Shown here: one piece after another, positions 53,380 to 61,800 of the stretch
Position numbering within the stretch: position 1 is the stretch's first letter
Layout of the letters: every line of letters starts with the position of its first letter
Assembly (NCBI GenBank): GCA_000002435.2
Contig: CM018790.1
Reading direction: 5' to 3' (one strand)
Origin: Giardia intestinalis
Taxonomy: Eukaryota
DNA length: 64,000 nucleotides
The notes under the pieces: model-generated
Database searches by the model: none
What the model was told of the DNA's origin: nothing
The model's input: the letters and a program-made list of their open reading frames with translations, nothing else
Position numbers and translations under genes: made by a program

Positions 53380-53509
53380 TTTTTTGACTTCGATTGGTTC
53401 GCCATACAAAATGGTTTGTAACCAGTTTGGTTAGTCATATTAGTATCTTCTACTCCTGTAGCTTACATGTTGTTCAAAAGCTGTCAATTCTCGTATTCAT
53501 GGCCAAAAA

Positions 53510-54508
53510 ATGAACCGAAAACGCTCCAGCGTAAGCGACCTTGTTGTCGCTATTGCTAAAATGCTCAGTGGCCGCACAGAGCAGGCATCCTTCAAGGAGG
53601 CGGATGCAGAAGCCCTTAAAGTGAGCATATCTCAACTTAAGTCCCAGGTAACATCACCCAATCCACAGCTCCAACGTGCTCATTACAACGAGTTTACCCG
53701 GGTTATAATGACTGATAACACGTTAGTAGATATTGTTGGCGGCCTTGCTTGGCTAGATTTTGATTCTCGCAAGTCCCTTATTTCATTGGTTGCTGGTCTT
53801 GCCCACCGTGCATCCAGTGGGGATCCTGCAGATGATGCTGACCCCGCTCTTCTCGTGAATTATATTCTTAGCCATCAAGACCTCCTTGACGTCCTTCTAG
53901 ATGGCTATAAACTTCCACAGCCCTTTCACGTGACCACAATCCTGTGTGAGTATATTAAAGTTTACTCCATAGCCGAGACCATCCTACTATTCTGTGCTAA
54001 AGAACAGTTCCAGCGAATCTTCTCTGCAATGAGTAGCCCGAATTTTGATGTTTCTTCTGACGCTTCTGTGGTGCTGAAGGATTTATTAACAAAGCATGAA
54101 CAGCTTACGGCTACATTTCTTGACCAAAATCCTCAGTTCTTTACTTGGTTCTGTACCCTGCTGCATTCCTCTAATTACGCCACGCGCCGCTTCAGTTTAA
54201 ATTTGCTGAGCACATTGCTTCTTAACCGCGCAAACTTCAATGCGATGTCACGCTTTGTGGAATCTGATGAGAATTTGAAGTTGATCATGAGACTTCTCAA
54301 GGATGACAGCGCTGTAATTAGGTTTGAAGCATTTCACGTGTTTAAGGTATTTGTGGCCAATCCAAAGAAAACAGAGCCCGTTCACAAGATCCTGAAGCGG
54401 AATAAGGACAAGCTTATAGAGCACCTTCTGAGCTTCACTACTGAGACTAATTCAAGTGACTTTGAGGAAGAAAAGGGCTTCATAGTTGATAGCATCTCAG
54501 AGCTGTGA
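53510..54508 (+). CDS. MO25: MO25/CAB39 (Hym1) scaffold protein.
   Basis: True ATG at 53510. [104 protein letters not shown] closely track human CAB39 ([104 protein letters not shown]). Confidence 0.85.
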   Translation: [332 protein letters not shown]

Positions 54509-54538
54509 CTGATACTTTATAAAGCGAAGGTTATACTC

Positions 54539-55546
54539 TCAAATTACTTTACTGCTCATTGACACCCCACTCTGCTTTCCTACTTCGTTGCTATCTGAGT
54601 CGCATTCGTCTGTACGGTCTCCAATATCCGGGTTCTGAACCATGAGCTCCTTATCTTCGCTGTTATCGTTCTTACTCTTCTTTCTCCTGTCCCTAAACGT
54701 GTATATAATTAATGCAACCGTCAAGACAAATAGCTGTACAGTCGAAGAAGTCATTGTTAAGTAGGTCATCCAATTAGCCTTAGATATGATAGCAAAAACG
54801 AACATACATAAGACGACAATGAACTGGATACTTGAAAGTAAGACAGACATGCTTCCTGGTGATTTGACTTTACATGTGTGGTAAATTTGGGGACTGAACT
54901 GTGCCAGGTTAAAGAAAAGGGATGTGATGGACAGTGCCAAAGTAAATCCACGGACCCATGGGGTACACATACCATAGAAGATCACAATTACAGTAGCTGC
55001 TGCGATGATGGATAGCATAACACCTAAAAATAGGAAGAAAGCAAGTACATGACACTTAGCTCTTTGAACATCTCCTTGATCACTGGTAGGCTCGGCTTCA
55101 GATGAGGTTGCATGATTGGTCTTGACCTTTGACACATATAATAAACGGATAGTGAGTGCATACCACCATATGAACCCCAATAGGAAGGCAGAGCTCTGCA
55201 GAAAGGGGATCATGTTTGAATAGCATAAGCCTGGGTTTTGAGGACAGGCGAAAATTTGAGGAAGGGTGGTGATATAGAATACACTAGTGGAAAATAAGAG
55301 AGAGTATGAAGCAACGTGTAAAAAGATGAACGAAATACTGTAAACGGATCTTGTTCGGTACATCTTCACCAGCTGAGGAATATATGAGATAACGATTAAA
55401 GCTAGGAGAATGCTGTTGAATATCGTAACAGGAAGGCTTATATTAGCTAGATAAGGTGTGTAGTCGTATGGATCTATAAACGTGCCGTCTTCAATATAGC
55501 AAGGGTTACGTATCATTTTAATAAAGCTCAATTTGCTCTTCTTCAT
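54539..55546 (-). CDS. PQ-loop repeat 7-TM protein (cystinosin/LCT-type transporter family).
   Basis: True ATG at 55544-55546. About seven hydrophobic helices and two PQ-loop motifs (ISYIPQLVKMYRTRSV and AQFSPQIYHTCKVKS). Charged C-terminal tail. Confidence 0.55.
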   Translation of the reverse strand: MKKSKLSFIKMIRNPCYIEDGTFIDPYDYTPYLANISLPVTIFNSILLALIVISYIPQLVKMYRTRSVYSISFIFLHVASYSLLFSTSVFYITTLPQIFACPQNPGLCYSNMIPFLQSSAFLLGFIWWYALTIRLLYVSKVKTNHATSSEAEPTSDQGDVQRAKCHVLAFFLFLGVMLSIIAAATVIVIFYGMCTPWVRGFTLALSITSLFFNLAQFSPQIYHTCKVKSPGSMSVLLSSIQFIVVLCMFVFAIISKANWMTYLTMTSSTVQLFVLTVALIIYTFRDRRKKSKNDNSEDKELMVQNPDIGDRTDECDSDSNEVGKQSGVSMSSKVI

Positions 55547-56260
55547 CGAGGTCGGCTTGCCAGCTCCTGTCCGAGTAAATCCGTCCAGGATCCGAAGCTC
55601 GGATGCCGTCCACTCTGGAGAAGAGCCTTGTGCCTCCTCGCCCGGGAGCCGTTGGGTGCCCCACTATGCGCTCCGGGACGTCCCTCCTCTCTGGCCCGTC
55701 GGGGTCAACCATCGTCTGGCATCTAGTGAGCACCCGTTGTCCCGGACCTGCCGTCGGTCACAGCAGTCTGGCCTCAGAGCAATTGACTCTGGCCATGTAC
55801 TCCGGAGTAGCTTTGTGGTGCTGATGCTCTACGACGGAGATTGCACGCCACGACCCCGGGTGCCTACCCCGTTCCTCGGGTGCCTCCTTGTCTCCTCGTG
55901 GATTGTGCCGTCGGTCCCGAGCATGATCAGAGGGTGCGCTCCCCGTACGCCTCTATCTTTGAGTCATAGTACGCGTTCGTGGATGCCGGGGGACAGCTCC
56001 TATGCGCTGGTATTGGGGGAGAAGTATGGTCCTCTGCTCATGGATCGCAGAGGTGCTCTTGCAGGCGGTCCGTCACCCAGCACGAGATCATGTCGGCGCA
56101 TCATTCTATGCAGTGCGTCTGGCTCAGCGACGTGTGGGCTGGTCCATCCTCACACCGCACACTTGGGGGTGATGCTTCGGTCTGTCGAGGCGTCGGTCCA
56201 GGGTCATCGACTGCTGGGACCCTCCACCATCAGGGTGGTAGACCAAGGAGAGGCGCCACT
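55527..56260. repeat. Copy B of the ~0.7-kb direct repeat (partner at 44067-44840).
   Basis: It begins at the start codon and first ~5 codons of the PQ-loop gene and extends across that gene's upstream region. The 216-nt core 55774-55989 is identical to copy A. The right end lies ~280 bp from the 3' end of the VSP gene. Confidence 0.7.
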
Positions 56261-56521
56261 GATAGACGACGCAGATGGGTAAGTAAGCTAAATCCTGGGC
56301 TGAGCGACGCACGTACACAGTCTGAGCACACGCCCATGAAACGGTAGAGAAATGTACCGAGCCCTGGATATATCACTGGAGAGGACTCTCTCATCATGTT
56401 ATCCATGATCAACAGTTGTCTCCGGACGGCCAGGACTTGAACGAGAATTTACTCGTGAGACTTCTGGACGCACTGCAGGTGGACCTATCAACATATCTAC
56501 GCAAGCTACGCACAGTAACGC

Positions 56522-56536
56522 GTTTACTATCTAAGT
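56522..56536 (-). terminator. Extended VSP 3' motif plus polyA signal (ACTTAGATAGTAAAC on the minus strand).
   Basis: Exact ACTYAGRTAGTRAAY match, 5 nt downstream of the VSP stop codon at 56541-56543. Confidence 0.6.
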
Positions 56537-56540
56537 ACAT

Positions 56541-58724
56541 CTACGCCTTCCCCCTGCAGATGAACCACCAGCAGAGGAACCCTACGAGACCAGCCACAAC
56601 GACGATGACAGCCACGGAGATCCCCGCGATAGCGCCCGCGCTGAGACCGCTCTTGTTGGTGTTCTGTATGAGGTAGCAGAGGACGGAGCCAGTACTAGAC
56701 GATGGAGGAGCGCAGTTTAGGCAACCCTTAATACCAGTGACCCCATTGCTATCACTTTCGCAGGATGTGCACGCACCTTCTCCTGATGCGGTCTTGTAGT
56801 ATCCTGTAGCACACGCCTTACATGTTGTAGCTGCTCCATTACATGTTTCGCAGCTGGAATCACACTTTGTGCATGCACTTGCACTCTTTACATATCCGTC
56901 CAGACACGTAGTACAGTCGGTACTGCTGGTACATTCCTTACACCCTTCAGAACAAACTGTAAGGGTACCTGAATCCAACTTGTAACCATCTGCAGCTTTT
57001 TGACACGTACCACCATTTGGTGCACTAATGCAAACCGTCTTACCGGGATACTTGACTGTTTCATAGCACCCTCCGTTCATCTTAAAGTAGTTATCGGCAC
57101 ACGTTCCACAAACACCATTCTGAATAGGCGAGTCGTTGCACGTAGGTGTGGCGCGGCTAGCCTTTGGTGCACAGACGCCATTTTGAGGATACTCTGTCGT
57201 TGTGGCGCACTCAGAGCAGTAGCTAGCACCATCGATAGTGAGCCCACACGTTTTGCAGGCGCCGCTGCCTTGGCCCGTTGTGCAGCCTTCTCCGCACGTG
57301 CCCTTAGTACCGTCGTCCCCGTACCTAAGTGCTTTTCCAGTGGGACACTCGGTGCAGTCGCTGGCAGTGCCTGCGCTGCATGTCTTGCAGCTTTCGTGGC
57401 ACGGAGAGCATGCGTCGCCGTTTTTATAGAATCCGTCGCTGCATGCTTGGCACTGCCCTTGCCCATCGCAAGTCTTGCAGTTAGCCGCAGTGCACTCTTT
57501 ACAGATTTTCTTTGCTCCTTCGGTAGCTCCATAGTAGTTTCCAATCTTAGCGCAGCTGTCTATGCACTGGCTTGTCGGCGTGAGATATGTGCTACTATCA
57601 CAGTCTGTGCAGACCTCGTTCTCCTTTCCTTCGTTGCTGCACGCCTTGCATCCGGGGGTCTTGCAGTTGCTTACCGCCTCGCACGTAGTTTTGTCGGCAC
57701 TAGGCTTGTATCCATTCGTGCAAGCGATGCACGTAATAGTGGGCGCTATCCTTCCTTGGTCTGTCGGAGTACACGCCGCGCACTTATCGACGCCCCCATT
57801 CGCAGCGTCACCGCATAAAACACACCTGTTTCCGCTCTGGGAATTTTCTACCGGAAAAGAGTCGGGTGAGCATGCGCTTTGCTCTACACATGTCGTTGTG
57901 CCATCAGCGGCCGTTTTGAGATAGTTATTGCCACCGCACTTCGTGCAAGCAGGCTTGGCTTGATCGGGACTTGGCGGCGTGCACTTTTCGCAACTCGCCA
58001 CCCCAGTGGTTACATCTCCGCATGCAAAGCATCTCTTGCCATTGTCAGAGTCCTCCTTCGAAAACTCAGTGTCAGGCGTGCAGCCCTCCCCACAAGTACC
58101 AGTCGTTGCAAGGTACTTATCCTGGCCGCACCTGGTGCACTTGGCGTCTCCGCCGGCAGCGTCTGTCAGCGCCGCCCCGTCGCATCTCTCGCAGTGCTGC
58201 ACCCCCCTGTACGTTTTGCCGCTGTCGGTGAACCCGGTCGTGTCCGAGCACGATACCACAGAGTCCTTGGTATTCGCCCTCAGCGGGTTGAGGAAGTACC
58301 CCGGGGCCGCCTCGGTGCACTTTCCCTCAGAGGCTTGCGTGCACATGCTCTGTCCTGGTGCAGTGTCCTTTGAATAACAGCCGTCCTTGTACATGAAGGA
58401 GGCGCCTCCGCACTGCGTGCACTTCCCCTGGCCCTTTGCCGGGCAGAGCGTTTTGCTTTGCCCCTCAGCGTTGACGTCTGCACACTGGCCGTTCACGGGG
58501 GCGTAGTTTGCTCCGTTGCACTCGGAGCAGTATTGTTCTTGGCCGATGGTGACGCCACACGTTTTACAGCTCCCATCGCTGCCTGATCCGTCTGCCTGAC
58601 ACGCAGCCCGTGCCAGCTGAAGGATGACGATCGCGAGCAAAAATCTGCCGAACATTGGGCCGCCGACCTGCTGGGTGGCGCCGGCCTTCCCCGGGAGAGG
58701 CGGGGTCGTCTGATGTGCCGACAT
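56541..58724 (-). CDS. VSP: Variant-specific surface protein (VSP), full length (727 aa from the first ATG; 704 aa if translation starts at the ATG that opens the signal peptide, at 58653-58655).
   Basis: Dozens of CxxC motifs; GGCY motifs (KDGCYSKD, MNGGCYETV); TM segment; invariant ...[16 protein letters not shown] terminus. The signal-peptide-like MFGRFLLAIVILQLARAAC begins at the second in-frame ATG. GC-rich. Confidence 0.9.
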   Translation of the reverse strand: MSAHQTTPPLPGKAGATQQVGGPMFGRFLLAIVILQLARAACQADGSGSDGSCKTCGVTIGQEQYCSECNGANYAPVNGQCADVNAEGQSKTLCPAKGQGKCTQCGGASFMYKDGCYSKDTAPGQSMCTQASEGKCTEAAPGYFLNPLRANTKDSVVSCSDTTGFTDSGKTYRGVQHCERCDGAALTDAAGGDAKCTRCGQDKYLATTGTCGEGCTPDTEFSKEDSDNGKRCFACGDVTTGVASCEKCTPPSPDQAKPACTKCGGNNYLKTAADGTTTCVEQSACSPDSFPVENSQSGNRCVLCGDAANGGVDKCAACTPTDQGRIAPTITCIACTNGYKPSADKTTCEAVSNCKTPGCKACSNEGKENEVCTDCDSSTYLTPTSQCIDSCAKIGNYYGATEGAKKICKECTAANCKTCDGQGQCQACSDGFYKNGDACSPCHESCKTCSAGTASDCTECPTGKALRYGDDGTKGTCGEGCTTGQGSGACKTCGLTIDGASYCSECATTTEYPQNGVCAPKASRATPTCNDSPIQNGVCGTCADNYFKMNGGCYETVKYPGKTVCISAPNGGTCQKAADGYKLDSGTLTVCSEGCKECTSSTDCTTCLDGYVKSASACTKCDSSCETCNGAATTCKACATGYYKTASGEGACTSCESDSNGVTGIKGCLNCAPPSSSTGSVLCYLIQNTNKSGLSAGAIAGISVAVIVVVAGLVGFLCWWFICRGKA

Positions 58725-58870
58725 GCACGACTAGCGGCTAATAACCTACTGAGGCAATCGGTGGACACATCCACTATCAGTTATAAGTAGCTATGAATAC
58801 ATCATTTGGCATTGGTCTCCACGTTTATAATAGCAGCACATGTCTAACTAGATCACTGCCTTAATCTGGT

Positions 58871-61800
58871 TTACTTAAGTACCTCAGAAGCAAACTGGCA
58901 AATATCAACCCACACAACTCTCAACATTGTATAGAGTACCCCCATGGCTTCAATCTGCCGCATATAATTGCGAACCTCTGCTATACGTGATTGATTGACT
59001 GTTCCATTAGAGCTTTTGATGCCGTGAATCTCTTGCAGTTCACAACAGACCCACGAAATCCACGATTCAATGGCCTCGGGTGCTAATAACGTTGCGATAC
59101 TCGATGATAGACGGCTTTCCACAACATTTCCCATGGCCAGTTGTGTCAAAGAAAAGGATGCCCAGGCTTGACCTAGATGAGGATATTTTAGTATCAAGTT
59201 CTTCAGTGCAGAGGAAGCAAGAATAAGAGCACGAGAAACGTCTTTCTGCGTCCTCTCTGGCGTTAGCGTACGGTTAGTAATTGTAGCACTAGCCAATGCC
59301 GCTATAGTGTTATCGAAATCCACAGCCGTTGTGTCCTGTATCTTCTGTTGCATCATACTTGCAATGTTGGCCGACGAAGCCACCACTCCATGGCCAGGAC
59401 TGTTATTCCTGCTATCACTAGTCAGCAATTCAGTGTCTCCCCCCGCATCCACGACTATTTCCTTCGCTCGTGCCTTCAGCTCCTTCAGCAAGTCAACAGA
59501 CATCTTAACGGGCTCCTTACTGTCCTTGAGCTGCTGCACTTTAATTAGTTTATTTGCATTGTACTGCTCTCTCATGTACATCATTTGGGTAGACGTGGCA
59601 TCAGATGTAATATCGTAGGGCTGTCTTGAATAAGTCGGCTTTGGAAGAGGTAACAATGATGTGAAGTCATTTAAGGTGTCCATGTTTCTATCATCTTCAT
59701 CGACGGCATTAGAACGAGTGTCCTGATATTTGGGTACTTCAGTAAACATAAGGTCTACCTTTTGCTTGACTTCTTCTGAAGACGCCTCCTTTGACTTTAC
59801 AGAGGTTGAGGCAAAAATAGAGCGTATAACGCCAACTATATTTATGGACGAAAAGAGAATGAGCGCAATGGTGTACAGAAATTCTACAGGCAAGTACGAA
59901 TCATAGGTGCTTGTGCTGCCACGGAAGAAATCGTCTCGTCCTCCCTGCTTTGACCTACTCGCTAGCTGATACGCCTGAATAGCCATTCTGGAGGTTTCAT
60001 TCAAAAGGGCGCGAGTGGAGTCATTCGATAACATGGTACTGAGGCCATATTGACTGGATTGCTCAAGTTGACCAGATGCTTGGATAGTTGTCGGATCATA
60101 AGCTTTCATAAGAAGCGAAATGTTCATATTGGTAATTATGCGGGCGCGTAGATACAAAAAGGCCGGACACGCCTTAACTTTCGGGATGAGAGCGGGACCT
60201 AGGCTTCCTCGAAGCACAGAGTCCGCAAACTCTAATGCAGGTGCATATCTCCGCTCATATAACATGTTCCTCATGGAGATAATTATCCCACGAAGCTGTT
60301 GATGCAAGAAGAAGGGCGAGTCTGATGCGGCAGTCCCAGAAGTTATCATTATCTTCAAGATGTGATCTGCCAAAGAAGTCGCATACGTGGAAATAACCGT
60401 TTCTCCTCTGAGACTGAGCCATTCTGCAAGGGACAGAAAAGCACACAGGCGCATAATATTTTTGGAGGCGGGGTCGTTAGGATTAGCAAATTTATCGTTT
60501 TCAGGTAATGTGGAGTCTAGGACATACTCCATAAACTCAGCATTAGACTTGAAGCGATAAGGAAGAGGAGCAAACATCCCACCATCAAGGGTGTCGCTCT
60601 TAAGATATTCCTGGATGGCAGAGTAATGATTTATGGAGACCTGCTTGGCATAGTTGCTCTTTTGCATCTTTAGTGACTTGTAATTCTTCAGGTCTTCAAA
60701 GGAAAGACGTGAGAGCGACGGTGAGGGGTGGACATCGTTTGTCCCATGGATGTTCATAGAGGTAGTGTTGCAAGATAGGTTGTTACCTGACGGACTCACA
60801 CCGGCAACAAGGTCTGCGTCCACAGAGATGGTGGTATCGCAGGACTTCCCGCTATCGACGTCGCTTCCAATGCTGTCATCAGCAAAATCTTTCATGGTTT
60901 TTCTGCGCTTCCCATGTTCCTGGAAATAAACGTCATCCTTGTATTGTTCTTGTTTGAGTTCAATATACCTACGAAAGCTCGTCTGCAATGCACGGGCGAT
61001 GTGTCGGGCATCCATCAGCTTCATGCTCCATAGAACAAAGATATAGGCACCCATCGCCCAAAATGGAGGGTATGCATACACTCCATCTCCGGGCACATTG
61101 TAGAACGGCATGGCGTCAAGCTCGGCCTGCAGTTCCGGAGATATAGCCTTGGCCTTCTTTTCACTCGCAAGACCAGATAACCCGGACATGACGCTTGTAG
61201 TAGCACTCATGCCAGCTGCGTTTCGACGCAGTGTTGATCCAACCTCTGATACGTCATCTCCAATCCGTTTGGGTTGGCGGTCATATAAACTAATAGCCAC
61301 GCTTCCAGCAATGCTTCCAGCGATACTCTCATTGCTGGGAAATGCAGTTATCTTTGTAGCATCTTTGGGCAGCTTGACAACATGTGTATTTGCCTCTCCC
61401 TCCAGCAGGTCATTAAACTGCTTAGAGTAGTAGTTGCGGATGGGTGTGATCTTCAAGATCTCCATCATAGAATCCACATCCTCCTTGTTGTACTTCCTCT
61501 CACGTAACTTGGTAGCAACGGTGGACTGGGTGTCATTCTTGGTCCAGACGTGGACCTCCTCCACGTTGTAGCCTGCAACCTTACTGATTAGGTACTTCAT
61601 GAAATTATCGTAGGCAAGAAGGGCGCTGACAAGGAGTTGCTCTGAGTAATCGTAACCGAGAGGTACGACAATCTTGCCCCGCTTCCCCTGTCTCTTCTGC
61701 GACGTATCTGATGTTCCTATGGCGCTTTTAAAGAGTGTTTTGGTGATAGCAAGGGCCAAAAGACACGAGTCTGTACCGAGAAGCTGCATACTCTGCTCGC

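Noticed and set aside
44067-56260. LTR-retrotransposon interpretation of the two direct repeats plus the 11-kb interior.
   Set aside because: The interior encodes conserved cellular genes (MO25, a PQ-loop transporter). No RT, integrase or gag-like sequence was seen. One repeat coincides with a cellular gene's promoter and start codon.
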